64,000 nucleotides of DNA from Vicugna vicugna (Eukaryota): contig MU057744.1 in NCBI GenBank assembly GCA_013265495.1, positions 248,001 to 312,000 of the forward strand. The letters are read 5' to 3'. Positions 1 through 13,639 of the stretch are shown here, one piece after another. Made by a program: the position numbers and the translations under genes. Each line of letters begins with the position of its first letter. Positions within the stretch are counted from its first letter, which is position 1. Under the pieces are notes generated by a model that worked only from the letters and a program-made list of their open reading frames with translations, did no database searches and had not been told where the DNA came from.

Positions 1-163
1 ATAGTACCAATATCACCTGGGAACTTGTTACAAATGCAAATTCTCAGGCCCTACTCCAGGCATCCTGTATCAGAAACTTGGGGGAGGGAATCAGCAATTT
101 GTGTTTTAGAAAGCCTTCCAGAGAGCTCTGATGCACCCCAGAGTTTGAAAATCAATGCCCTAG
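1..163. mobile_element. MER5A-like hAT-Charlie fragment
   Basis: atcacctgggaacttgttacaaatgcaaattctcaggccc...ctgatgcac...agtttgaaaatcaatg resembles the MER5A consensus. Confidence 0.8.
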
Positions 164-487
164 AGGTTATTTCTCTAGGTCCTCACTGGAACTTGTAATA
201 GATAAATGCAACAACTGTTTGGTTTCCAGACCAATATAATATGAGTACCATGGAAGGAATGGCGAAAGTGAAAGCCATCTGGGGGAGTTTGGCTACCATT
301 TACCAACCTGAGAGATGATGGGAAGGTGATAATGAAAAAATATTTAATATACACACAGAATGAAATAAGACAATGAAAGCAGGCTCATTTAAAATAAAAT
401 AATACAGAAAAATGGTTTAAGAAGATTATAGCAAAGAAATAAAAAACTGAAATAAAAATATCAACGCAAAAAGTAAAACTAAAAAAA

Positions 488-1040
488 GTGAAAGGCAAAA
501 CTTCTCTACAGAAAAGAGTTACCGCAGCAGGCCTGACTGCTATTTTTGGCCTGCTTGCAAGGTTGGCCCTTGGATCACAACTGGGAATTTACGGGGATTT
601 CAGGAGAGTTTCCACAATTAATAGACAAGAGCAGCTCACTGCGCCTACACTGTATGCACATGTGACACACTTTATGCTCAACACCCGCTTTCACTCTCAG
701 AGTTGGGATCTGGGGTGTGCGTCAGGTACGGGGTCTCTCTGTGACTGGCTCCCCCTTAAAAGCCCTGGATGCTGTACCACTAATGAGCTTTCCTGTTGGC
801 AACAGTTCTTCTATGTTGTCACAATTCATTGCTAGAGGACTTAAGTGTGCCTATGTGACTACTGAGAGAAGACTCTGGAAGCTTGCACCTGGTTTCCCCA
901 AGACTTCACCCCAAACATCTTTTCCTTTCGCTGATTATACTTGGTGTTATTTTGTTGTAACAAACCACAGCCCAAGTACAACCACACACCGAGTCCTGTG
1001 AGTCCTCTCAGCCAAGTGGACTTGAGAACTCCCAACACAC
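488..1040 (+). mobile_element. Solo LTR, MER21-like
   Basis: ctggaagcttgcacctggtttcccc...ttcgctgat...gagtcctgtgagtcct...aacaca resembles MER21-family 3' halves. Confidence 0.65.
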
Positions 1041-2649
1041 TCTGACTTCAGTTATGAGTTCTCTGACAGTCACATGGCAGGGCTAAAAACACTGACCATC
1101 ACCAAATCTGACAGGCCTCTATTTTTCTTACTTGACCCATTAATACAAGATTTTAATATTACTTTATTTCCGTTTTCTTATTCTTTTTACCATATCCACT
1201 AAGTGTGACTTGAATTACATGCTCAGCCCTTGGCCAGTGAAGGGCAGGGCACCTACGCTGACAGTCCATCAGGGAACTTGGTATGCTGCCACCAAATGAG
1301 GGCAGAATACACACCAGGCAGGCCCAAATAGGAGACGACCGCTAAAACCAGGCTCTTCAGCAAACACAAAATTTACTTCAGGCATGTTGGGGAAGCACTT
1401 CAAAGAAGACAGTCATGATCTTCCACTTGAAACTAAGTTTATGGAGTCCTGAGTGACACCTAATTGTTAGTTAATATGTTAAGACATAAAAACAGAAAAA
1501 AACAAAGTGGTTTCATATGTAAAACCAAAATAAAAAGTCACAGGCTCTGGAGATAGGAGGGACGACTTGCCATCAGGCTGCTTCTCACCAGGGCAACCCT
1601 AAACAGCACACGTCTCGGTGAGCAGAATCTACTATGTAGCTTAGTGGTCGGCAACTCTGAGGAGGACGGGTAATATCTCATAAAAAGCTATTTTTTATAC
1701 CATTTAAAAGACCAAGGAGAAATGCTAGAAATATTAGAGACATACAAATGAAGAGAAAGTAATAGATTACAAATCATGTTAGATATCAATAATGTAATAA
1801 TTTTCAGGCACAAAAATGGCCCTTAAGACTTTCCTACTTGAGGTGAAATATCAGCCCAGGGATATACACCACGATTCAGGAGAAGAGGGATCTAATGTGA
1901 AACAAAGACAAACACTGAAATACTAGAATTAAGTGGCGTATTTGGAGGAGTCAAAGTCATCAAAAGCACAACCACTATGTAAAGCATAATGGTGCCTAAC
2001 AATGGTCTGCCCTTAACACTGTGATACACTATCAAAACTGTCCACAGCCAGGACTTTGCTTACTTACATCCTCAACAGATGAGGGTTTTATACCGCCCAG
2101 GTAAACCCAAGATCTGACTTTAGCGCTGCACTGATGTGGTCCTTCACTGCTGCCTCTAACTCACAGAAAGCAATACTATGCTCTAGATTACTTCAGAGAA
2201 TACAAGCAGGTGAAGGCAACCTGCACACTGGGTATCCCCTGGGATGTAAATGTAGTCAGTGAAAAAATGAGTTCCGTGGGTCAGATTTTGGAAGCACAAG
2301 TAGATAAACCAAGGTGGTGTGAACAACAGATGAAGACTACTATATATACACGCAGAGTTATCCCGAAAGCAATAAGAACGTTTTTCTGTAGGTCTCTGAA
2401 GACCCTGCAATTAAAGACAGAATTTTTAGAGATTATGTACATAATGGCAATAAAGCTTGTGCTTTCTGACCCAAAAAAGTTCAAGAATTTCTATTCCAGC
2501 ATGGCTTTTCATAAAGGTTACCTAATTAAAATGGGAGAAAGGGGGAGAACAAGAAAACTTTGAAGCAAGTTAATCAGACTTAACCAGATATGAAAATATT
2601 TACTACCACAGACATTATTTAATATTATAACAAAATAATACATTTGATA

Positions 2650-2830
2650 TCACATCTTTCAAAGCACATTCATTTCTATCAAAAAACCCCAAAAAACCAA
2701 AGCCCCTGGAGGTAAATAGGAAAAGTACTATTACCTATTGGTATAAAAGAACAAACAGAGGCAGACTTTAAGTGGTTATGAGGGCACAACTGCTTAGAGG
2801 CAGGAAGAGATTAAACCCAGATTTTTGTTC
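2650..2830 (-). mobile_element. MIR SINE fragment
   Basis: Degenerate core aaacagaggcaga...aagtggtt...gggcacaactgct...aaacccagat. Confidence 0.6.
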
Positions 2831-4299
2831 AGTGTTCCTCCATGTTGCCTATCAGGTAGCAGCAGCCCATCATCATTTAAAAATCTATCCATAACTAATA
2901 CATAAGTTAAACTTACCTACCCACTTAGGAGTCACTGTGTAAAATTGTTAAAAAGAAAAATTATATATAAAATACATATACAGGTAAAGACTTGAGAGAA
3001 TATACTAAATATTAATAGCAGTTATCTCTGCAATGTATGAATTATGGGTATTTTTCCTGTCTGCTTTTCTAGATTTTCCATTATTTCCTATAATGAGTTT
3101 TTTATAATAACCAGAAACCAAATAAAATGTTGGTTTTTAATATAAAGTTATTCATATTAAATATTTGTATTTAATATTACTTAAAGGCTGTCAATTATGC
3201 AATCTCTTGCCAAGAAAAGGTAACTTCAACTCTCTCTAAAGGAAATGAAATCCATCCTCTATTTTAAATAAATCTCCATTAATTCTATAAAGGCCTAACA
3301 TTGCCTGCTTTCCAAGTATCCTGCAAAATCATCTTAAGATGCAATGAGATAAACTGATCAGATAGAGAAATATATTTATTTCACCAGCTTTCATCTGTTT
3401 ATACTCAAGTGACAAGTATATCTTTAAAAATATGACTATGGCCTATTATTTCAACAAAATATTAAATGATTCAATTCTAAATGATATACATTTTCACCTC
3501 AACTTGGTTTTTATTTTAACTCTGCCAATATTTCCCTATTTCCTGCATAACTGGGCCTACTGCCATTTCCACAGTTATCAGAAGGAATTGTGCTTCTTCC
3601 ACAAAGATTAAAATACTATACTTGGTTAACCAGAGAATACAACATATCATCCTTCCACTGTACTTCCCCTATCTTATACCTCATATTTAAGTAGGCACTA
3701 AGGTTTATCAAGAATACAGTCACCATCATGAAGAAAAGAGTTAAATTAAGTTTAAAACAATCTTTCAGACAACATAAAATATCAAGACATTTTGTTGAGA
3801 ATTCCATTCAAAAATTTTAAGGCTTGATGTTAGAAAAAGGTAAAAACTGTAGTCAGTATCTACAAGTGACCTACTTTTCCCAAAGGTTTCCAAAAACCTA
3901 AGTTTTATACATCCTTAAGTAATATAATTATTCAAATATTACCAAAAATGCAAACCTTCTATTAACTATAACCAACATGAAATCCTAAAGTAACATCTAT
4001 GACACCAACCAAAATTATTTCCACAGTCTCAATGAGGTAGTATAAAAGAAGGTACAGGTAAACAGTGGAAGAAGCAGATTGATAAAGGAATGAAACTCTT
4101 TATGACAATCTGACCTCTTATCTAAATCACAATCAAATATTATTCAGCCCCAATCTAATGAATATAGTGAGCTAAACTGATCATTTCTTCAACAGACACT
4201 AGGCATAAATTCTGATGCACAATTTTTGTGTTTCTAGAATACTGACTTTTTTTTTAATGTGTAAGATATTTTCTTTTAAAGAAATTACTAGTATCTTCT

Positions 4300-6650
4300 T
4301 TCAGCCAAGACGGAGTAACAAGCAACACAACTCACTACCCAGCCTGAAACAAAAGAACAAACAAAACACTTTAAACAATGGTTTTCAAGTCACTGAACAT
4401 CAGGCAAAAAAGGACAGAGATTCTCCAAAAGACAGAAGACAAATGAGGTGAGCCCTATAACCACTGCCTTGAGAGTTATCAGGCCTTGGCACAATACGAG
4501 AGAGCCTCGGCAAAGGCCATAAAACTCCTTCTTTGAAGAAGTAGAGAGTCTGAGGAGGCCAAAGGAGCTAGAGTTCACACAACAGGGTATCAGAGAGGAG
4601 AAGGCCGCACAGGAGAACCCTGGAGATCTCCAAAAGGTCAACCTCAAGAATTCAGCAGAGGTCTCATCAGCACACGCATGTGAGGGAACTACCCAAGGCC
4701 ATGAGAAAGGATTAGAAAGAGCAGTGCCTGTTTATAAGGAGTCAAAAGAAGTTCTTGTTCCTGCCAGCCAGATTAGAAAGACTCATAATTTACGGGACAT
4801 TGAGCAGCACTCTCAGAAAGGTCTTGTCTTAGTAGTGGAGAAAAACTAGCCCTTATCTGAGCAGTGCTCCCAACCTGCCTAACAAGTCTCAAAAGCAAGA
4901 CCCAAAAAGGTCAAACTGTTTCCAAGTCGTGTGACTATATCCTAAGAAAAAGCTCAAGAAGATTTACAGGACTACCAAAATATCCAGCACTCAATGGGGC
5001 AAAATTCACAGTATCTGGCATCCAAATAAGACTAAAAGGCGTGCAAAGAGGTAGAAACACATGAGCCATAATGGTAATAACCAGTCACTCAAAATTGATC
5101 CTGAACTGTCCAGAATTAACACCTATGGACATCAATTAATAAATGTATTCCATACGTTCAAAAAGTCAAATAAAGACATGGAAAATATTTTTAAAAGACT
5201 CAAAAGAAACTTTCACATATGAAAACTACAATGTCTGAGATGAAAAATTTACTAGATGAGGAAAAGGTTAGTGAACTTGAAGACACAGTAATAGAAACTA
5301 CCCAAAATAAAACAAAAAGAAAAAAGAACCCCCCTCCCACCTGCAAAAAATGAAGAACATGAGGAAAGTGTGGCACATTTTCAACAGCCTAACATACCTG
5401 TCACTGAGATCCCCAAAGAAAATGAAAAAATTTTTTCAAAGAAATGATGGCCAAATTGTTCCCAAACTGGATGAAAACTATAAACCTACAGATCCACGAA
5501 GTTCAGCAAATTCCAAGCAAAAGTAAATAATGCTGTCAACCAACTCGACCTGATTTACATCTCCAGCCCTTCCCCCAACAAGAAGAGAAAATACATTTTT
5601 CTCATCTGCACACAAAACATTTACCAAGATCACATTTTGGGTCACAAATCAAGTATCAATAAGTTTGAAAGCATTTAAGTAACACAAAATGTGGCCCCAA
5701 TGGAATTAATTTAGAAATCAATAACCGAAATTATCTCTGAAAAGTCTACAAATACTTGGAAACTAAGTAACACATGTCAAAATAACCCATGGGTGAAAGA
5801 AGAAGTCAAAAGGAAAATGAAGAAGTATTCTGAGCAGAACGAAAACAAAAATATAACATATTGGGATGTGTAGGATGTTGCTAAAGCAGTACTTAGGCAT
5901 ATATTTATAGCACTTAATGCCTACATCAAAAAAAAAAAAGAAGTTCTTGAATCAATGACTTCAAGTTCACTTACCTTAAGACACTAGGAAAAGAGCAAAT
6001 TAAACCTGAAGTAAGTAGGAGATGGGAAATAATAAAAATCAACATAAATATCAATGCAACAGAAAATAGAAAAAGAGAAAATCAATAAAAATAAAATGTG
6101 ATTTGTTGAAAACAATGAAATTGCTAATCTAGGCAGATGGATCATCACAAAAAGAAAAAAGATGAAAGCTACCATTATCAAGAATGAGAGAGGTGACATC
6201 ACCGTAAGAGTCTACAAATACTAAAAGTATAAAAAGGTAGTATTATGAACAACTCCATGCCAATGAGTTCAACAACTTAGATAAAATGAACAGATCCCTT
6301 GGAAGACACAGACTACAACAGCACACACAACAAGAAATGGTAACTGAAACATCTTTATTTTAAAAATTTACCCAGTAGTTATAAATTTTCCTACAAAGAA
6401 AACTTAAGGCCCAAAAGATTTCACTGGTGAATGTGATGAAACATTTAAAGCAGAAATAGTAATTCACAAAAAAAATTCTGGAACTAATAAGTGGCTTTAG
6501 GACACATAATCAATACAGACACATCGACTGTACTATATGCAAAGTGATCAGAAATTAAAATTTTAGAACAATACCATTCACAATAGAATACAAAATTACT
6601 AAATACCTGGGGAAAACTCTGGCAGAAGATGACAGTTCCCATTCTGAGAA
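4300..6650 (+). mobile_element. Old L1 (L1M) fragments: 5' region, ORF1 and ORF2 remnants
   Basis: A-rich strand bias with L1 phrases (gaacttgaagac, atacttggaaactaa, tttatagcacttaatgcctacatc, ttcactggtgaat); no intact frame. Confidence 0.85.
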
Positions 6651-7329
6651 TACTAATATATCAAGATTCCCTCACACAAGTAGTTTTCAAACTGTGAGTC
6701 ACAACCTATTAATAGATTGTGAGTGTAATTTGGTGGGTCCTGTCCAGCATTTCAAAAAATGAAGTTGAAAAGAAGAGAAAATACCTGAGTGAAATGAAGA
6801 TGGTAGAGTTATTATTTTGTGAAATTTGTGTTTTCAGTGTTTGTCTGTTTACATTAATGGGCTGTTATTTTTTTTCTTGAGGAAAAACCCACCAAGATGC
6901 TTGGCTGAGGATTAGGGCCAAAGTAAAGGATGAGAAGCTCCAACTCGAAGTACTGGCCCTAAACCAAGGAACCAGAGAGGTACGGGGACCGGAGAGTGTA
7001 CTTCTGATAGGTGAGAACCAGGCAGGCGTAGGCTCTGTGCTCCAGCCATGCCAGGCTTTCACAACTTTCATTTCTCCCCGCCCCCTGGGCCTTCGGCCAA
7101 AGCACTGTCTGTCCCGGGTGAATCCCTCCTCCTAGTTCCCATCTGGAAAACTCCTATTCATTTGCCAAAGTTCTGCATTTCTTCAACTTTTTGTATGGCC
7201 CCAGGTCAGAACACACAGAATCTACCATCACTGTCTTACTCTACCTACTTTATGAACTATCTTTCCACCATTTCTTTATCTATCTGTGACCCATTTATAT
7301 TTAAAGTAAATGATTTGCATTTCAATTAA

Positions 7330-8153
7330 CAATAATGAGGTATCACCTCACACCAGTCAGAATGGCTATCATTAAGAAGTCTACAAATGATAAATGCTGG
7401 AGAGGATGTGGAGAAAAGGAAATCCTCCTACACGGCTGGTAGGAATGTAAATTGGCACAGTCACTACAAAAACAGTATGGAGATTTCTTTAAAAACTAAA
7501 AATAGAGTTATTATATGATCCAGCAATCTCACTCCTGGCATTTATCTGGATAAAACTCCAACCTGAAAAGACACATGCACCCCAATGTTCACAGCAGCAC
7601 TATTTACAAGAGCCAAGACATGGAAACAACATAGATTTCCATCGACAGACGACTGGATAAAGAAGCTGTGGTATGTCTATATAATGGGATACTACTCAGC
7701 CATAAAAGAATGAAACGATGCCATGTGCAGCAACATGGATGGATCTGGAGATTGTCATATTAAGCAAAGTAAGTCAGAGAGAGAACAACAAATAGCATAT
7801 GATATCATTTACACGTGGAATCTTGGGGAAAAAAAGATACAAATTCTACTTACAAACCAAAACAGACTTACGGACACAGAAAACAAACTACAGTTACCAA
7901 AGGCGGAAAGACAGGGGAGGGATAAATTAGGAGTTTGGGATTAGCAGACACCCATCACTACATATAAAACAGATACAACAAGGACCTACTATATAGCACA
8001 GGGAACTATATTCAATTTCTTATAATAACATGTAATGGAAAGGAATCTGAAAAGAAAATATATGTGTAAGTGTAACTGAATCGCTTTGCTGTACACCTGA
8101 AAATAACATTGAAAATCAACTACACTTCAATAAAAAATAAAATTAAAAAAAAA
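7330..8153 (+). mobile_element. 5'-truncated younger L1 (ORF2 end, 3' UTR, A tail)
   Basis: gaggtatcacctcacaccagtcagaatggct...tatagcacagggaactatattcaa...cttcaataaaaaataaaattaaaa. Confidence 0.92.
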
Positions 8154-8164
8154 TAGACTAAATG

Positions 8165-9189
8165 ACAGGCGATTTCCAGTTACTGGTCTGTCCTGTAAGG
8201 AGATTGGAAGTCATCACTTCCACCCAAAACCAAAACCAAAACCAAAAAAAAAAAAAAAAAAGCAAACTGAAAATCAGTAACTTTTCTTACACCCAACAGA
8301 GAACTAAGGTTGGGAAGAAACCACTGCCCAGACTGGAGAGAGAACCAGCCAGCACAGACTATCGTAATTTACCAGAGAAGCAGCGCAGGAGTAGAGCCCT
8401 CTGCTGGAGGCCCCACCTGGACAGCCTGAGAGCGGAAAAACTCCAAGGGGCTCAGGGTTAGGAAAGCCCCCACACTTTTCATGCACTCATGAAATGAGAA
8501 CACAGGCTCTCACAGAGAACATCAGAAAAATCTCCCTAATGCTCTGGCAGCGGAAGAGGAAACTTTTTCACCATTTTGAAATACACCCAGAACATTCAGT
8601 AAAAACAGAGCCCTGCCCTCAAGAGAAACTGTTCTATGAGAGTCTAACCTACTGGGGCTTTACCAGAGCCTAACTGACCAGTGGCGGGGGAGTAAAATGC
8701 CCAACTCCAGCTCTCAAGCCTTCCGGTCCCATTTAAGGAGGAAAAGCATCTGTGAAGGTCACAGCCCAAGGACACCAGCTCACTAGAAGAATGACACCTG
8801 ATCACAGGACTACTTCCCCCACACCTTTACATTATATCCACGTAACTCCTGCATAATAACAAATGAAATTTGATTACAAATGAAAACCTGCATGTGTCAG
8901 ACCTTATTTAAAAATCTCTAGGAAAACTTGAAAGACAAAAAAAAGCAAGTACACGAAAGGAAATTTCAGCCTCTAATACCTACAGCTACAGCAAACAGTA
9001 AACATAGCCTAACTCCTAGGTGATAAATATAAAACTTCATATTAAAGGCCTCAGTTCCTTTTACCCAGTACATCGTGTCCAGCCTTCAGTAAAAAATTAC
9101 AAAGCGTACTAATACGGTTTGAAGAAAGAGCGTGTATCGGAACCAGACTCAGCTATGGCAGACAATGGAATGCTCAGACAGGGACTTTA
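8165..9189 (+). mobile_element. Old L1M 5'-region fragment
   Basis: Resembles L1M 5' UTR/ORF1-start sequence (catcgtgtccagccttcagtaaaaaattac...gaaccagactcag). Confidence 0.55.
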
Positions 9190-9201
9190 AAGTAAATGGC
9201 A

Positions 9202-9585
9202 AGGCTAAGTGAAATGAGTCAGAAAAAGACAAATAGTGTACGACATCACTTATATGTGGAATCTAAAAAGTACAAACTAGTGAATATAACAAAACAGAAA
9301 CAGACACACAGATCTAAAGAACAAACTAGAGGTTACCAGGGGGATAGGAAGGGGGAGGGGCATATAGAGGTCAGAAGTTAAGAGGCACAAACTATTATGT
9401 ATAAAACAAGCCACAAGGATATACTGTACAACTTGGGGAATATAGCCAGTATTTTGTAATAGCTATAAACGGAGTATATAACCTTTAAAAACTGTGAATC
9501 ACTATATTGTACACCTGTAACTTACATAATACTGTACATAAACTATACTTCAATTTTTTAAATAAATAAGTAAATAATAAAAATG
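9202..9585 (+). mobile_element. L1 3' UTR fragment with 12-bp target site duplication
   Basis: gctaagtgaaatgagtcaga...tcacttatatgtggaatct...aactatacttcaa plus A-rich tail; aagtaaatggca at 9190-9201 and 9586-9597. Confidence 0.9.
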
Positions 9586-12199
9586 AAGTAAATGGCAGAC
9601 ATCAGTGCACTTACCCCTAAATACTTCAGCATACACACTGCCCTTTTAGTTTTTAAACTAAAAGTCATATCCCTTACCCAGAAACCTGAAACTTGAATAG
9701 CAAATATCCATTCTTTGTAACAAAAATAAATTCTCTTATCTCTGGAGTGGGGGGAGGGAGAATTAAGCATAGAATTATTACTATTATTACTAAGAACCCG
9801 GCAGCAAATATTCCTCCCATTCTTCTTCAGTTTCCTTTTCCTTCTCCCCTTTTCCCTATTTCTCCTACTCCCTCATCACTGAGAGGGGAAAGAATAAGAG
9901 AAAGAAGGTAAGAGAAGAAAATGGCTGAGAGGCTACACGTAAAATTACCATCCACTGAGTCACATATTGCACCAAAAGCCTAATATGCAGCAGGCACTAG
10001 TCAGGAGCTGGGGATGCAATCTAGGATCTAGTATTCGTTTCACAGGAGTCTAGTGGAGGGCTCAGTAAAACGAGTGAGCAATTACAACACAGAAATAACT
10101 ACTGTGATCAGGTTCTGAAGCAGCAGGGCACGCAGAGGGACATAAATCAGCCTTAGGGTGTCAGGGAAGGTGGCCTAGGAGAAAGAATCAAGGCGTGTAA
10201 TGACCCGAAATCAGAAGTACCATGTCCGGAGAACTGGAGGGCAAGGGGAAAGGTGGCAATGCAGGGGGTCGCGATTACAAGTGAGCATATCGAGAATTCT
10301 GAGAGCCACGGGAGGAGCATGGCGTGACAGCAACAGGAGAACCGCAGCAAACTTCCGTGCAGAGAAGCGACAGTCTGACATGCGTCTCAGATCACCATGG
10401 CTGCTCTGTGGAAAACGGGCTCCAGGAACACAAGACAGAATCAGAGAGACAGGTAGGAACCTCTTGTCAGAATCCACAAGATATAAGGTAGGGACAGAGA
10501 CAGAAGGACTAACTGGAAACATCTTTATATTTCAGTGACTAATGGAATAAAAGGATGAAGAAGAATTTTATATTTTTTTCCTCTCACTGCTGATTCCTAC
10601 TTCACAAGAACAGATCTGATCCTGGACCAGTAAAAACTAAGAAAACTGAACTAGAGTGATATCTAGACCGCAGGAGAAGTTGGAGAAACGAAGGGGAGGA
10701 CGAGAGAAAATTTCAGAGGAGGACACTGGGGAAGCAAAGAACAGCTCTGAGTATGTTTTCTATCTTGCATGTATTAGAACCACTAGTATTCATGATGGTG
10801 TACGGGAAAAGGACTCATTTGTATTCTTGTATTTGCCCTAAAGTGGTGAACATGCATTACATCAAGTAAATTAATGCCTAATTATCAGCAAATGAGTAAA
10901 ATACATCTTTATTCCCCACCCAGTGACTCAACTGGCAGCTACTATTTTCATTAAGAACTGTTAAACAAGCCTGGCTAAATTAAGAACACATTCTCATATG
11001 AATTCTTGGTTCATACAATTTAGTTGTTTTTTTTTTAATCAAACACCTTAATACATGAACTCACTTGCTTTACAAAAATACAGAAACACAGACGCACGCA
11101 GCAGTGAGTGCTGCCTCCCGCCAGCCCCCTCTTCTCACACCCTCTTCAGCAGGACTACCAGCCCCTGTGAGGAGTACCCTGCCAGCCCCTCTTCTCTGCA
11201 TTCACAGGGATCTACGGGTGAAACAACATACTTCTATTGCTAAAGTGTGTGTAAAATCACCTTTCAGGTAGTGTTAGTTATAAATAATGAAACATTAAAG
11301 TAAGTCCTACGTTACCAGACCCAACTCCATCCTCTTCCCACTGATACGCACTTTTATCATTTTGGCATACATCCTTCCAGATTTTTTCCCCAGACTTTTC
11401 CATTTATAGACATGTATATGCATCCATATATAGTATTTCTGTGACTATATTTTTACTGAATTGGTACTGTATTTAATGCAATGTCTTTCAACTTTGATTT
11501 TTCACTGAAAAAATGTTTTGAGATCTTTCCAATCAGTAAACACCGACTATCACATTATTTTTGTGGTACAACTACTGTAGGAATTTACCATGGTTTGTTT
11601 GGCTTCTTCTCTACTAATGACACTAAATGGTGTCCAGCTGTCCCCACAACAGGCTGCAGTAAACATACGCACACATGCTTCCTTCTGCATGTGGACAAGT
11701 GTTGCTCTCAGGCAGATGTCAAGGAGAACATAGGTTTTGGGTTTTTTTTAAGAGATAATGCAAATTTTTCAGGAATTTCTAAAATATAATTCTGCTGCCT
11801 TGAAGACCAATACATACTGAAAAAAGGGAGATTCTTATGTATAGCTATTATTCTACTTTCAACCAAAGCTTTTCTAGCACTGGAGGAGCTTAACAATATG
11901 GCATCTTGAATACAAATTACCATTAATTTCTTCACCAGTTATTAGCAATGCAATATCTAATAGTCTTGGAAAAAACATGTATTCAATATGATAACTGTCA
12001 AAATTTTAAAAACACATATATCCACAGCCCCAGGAATATACACCAAGATTTATCTAACAGATATACTTGTACATGTGTGAGATAACATATCTTCAAAGGT
12101 CACAGATGCATCATTTGTCACAGATGGAAGTCAGTGTATCTAGCTAAATCTCTAACTTAATTCAAAGTGATGATGAGTTAATGACCTTGGGAGGATATT

Positions 12200-13460
12200 C
12201 AATATATGCCTTAAATAGTAAGTTAATTCAAAGTTCAGAAGATACAAAAGGAAATATTGATAAATTTAGCAACAAAAAAAATTCTGCATGGCAAACAAAA
12301 CAACAGAAACTACACAAAGCAAATCAAAATACAAATGACAAATCCTAAAAGAACTATGCGTAATTCATATCACTACAAAGAGCTAGTCTCCCATATGTAA
12401 ACAACACCTAGAAATCAATAGTTCATAAAAAGACTAACCACTGAACAGAAAAATGAACATATTATGAGATAGCTGACATAAAAAGAAACCCAAGTGGCTC
12501 TCAAATATAAAGAGACGTTCAAAACTCACTTATTAAGAGAAACACAAATAAAACTACTCCAAGATACCACTTTCCACTAGCAGACTGCAAAAGTTCAGAA
12601 GTCTGGTCACATACTTGGCTGGTAAGTTTTGGGAAAACAAGAAACCATGCTGCTGGGGAGAATGTATATCTGTTTATATGGGGAAAAATCAGCAAGGATT
12701 ATCAAAATAAAAAATATATATACCCTTTAAACCAGAAAAGCCTACCCTCAGAAACTTGTCACACACACAGATACTCTTGCTCACACGTGAAATAACATAT
12801 GTACAAAGTTACCTCAGAGCTGTTTGTAAAAGCAAAAAGTCAACAAGAACCCAAACATTCTAAAACAGGGGAGTGGTTAAGTAAACTACATCACAGCACA
12901 GAGCTGCAGAAACAACTGGGGAGATCCGGGGTTGCCTGGGGCTAGAGATGGGATGAGCGTTGACTGCAGATGGGCAAGAAGCAACTTTTTAGGGGTGACA
13001 GAAATGTTACAAAACTGGATTGTGGTGATGAGTGAACAACCCTACACATTTATTTAAAAACACTGGTTTTATACTTATAATGGTTTAACTTTGATGTCAA
13101 AATTATACTTCAATAAAGCTGTTAAGAGAATGAGGGCATCTCATCACACTGGTGTACAGTGCAGTGAAACATCTCCCAGGTGTGCTAAAGGGCAAAATTG
13201 AACAGTACGGAACAGTATGTATGCTTTAAAAACTGAAGGTAAAAAAGAGAGGAATTAGAAGGCAGATCTGTGCTTTGCTTTTCTATGCATAAGTAACATT
13301 GAAATGAGGCACAAGAAACAGTAGTGGTTACCTGTGCAGAAAGAAGGAAACTCAAAAAATGGAGGGAAAAGGCGGGATGAAAGGGTTTTTTACTACAATT
13401 TTTAACTTTTCAGCCATGTAAGTGTTTCAACCATCTGCAAAATTAAATTAAAAAAAATAG
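12200..13460 (+). mobile_element. Old L1 (L1MC/L1ME-like) 3' fragments
   Basis: aaactggattgtggtgatg, aattatacttcaataaagctgtt and related motifs. Confidence 0.7.
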
Positions 13461-13589
13461 GTATTTGGACTTCAACAATACAGATATATCCTCTAACGTA
13501 AATTGTATGCTTCTGCATTTCATTACATATTACATGTGAGAAATTCTTGCAATCATCCTGATTGCCCCCGAGAGCCTGCCTTTGTGAAG

Positions 13590-13639
13590 TGTTGCATATG
13601 CCTACAGAAATCTTTGTTGCATATGCCTACAGAAATCTT
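13590..13639. repeat. Perfect 25-bp tandem duplication
   Basis: tgttgcatatgcctacagaaatctt at 13590-13614 and 13615-13639. Confidence 0.95.

Noticed and set aside
2050..2563. 117-aa ORF or possible pseudogene fragment
   Set aside because: No recognisable protein similarity; the nearby splice-like signals are not convincing.
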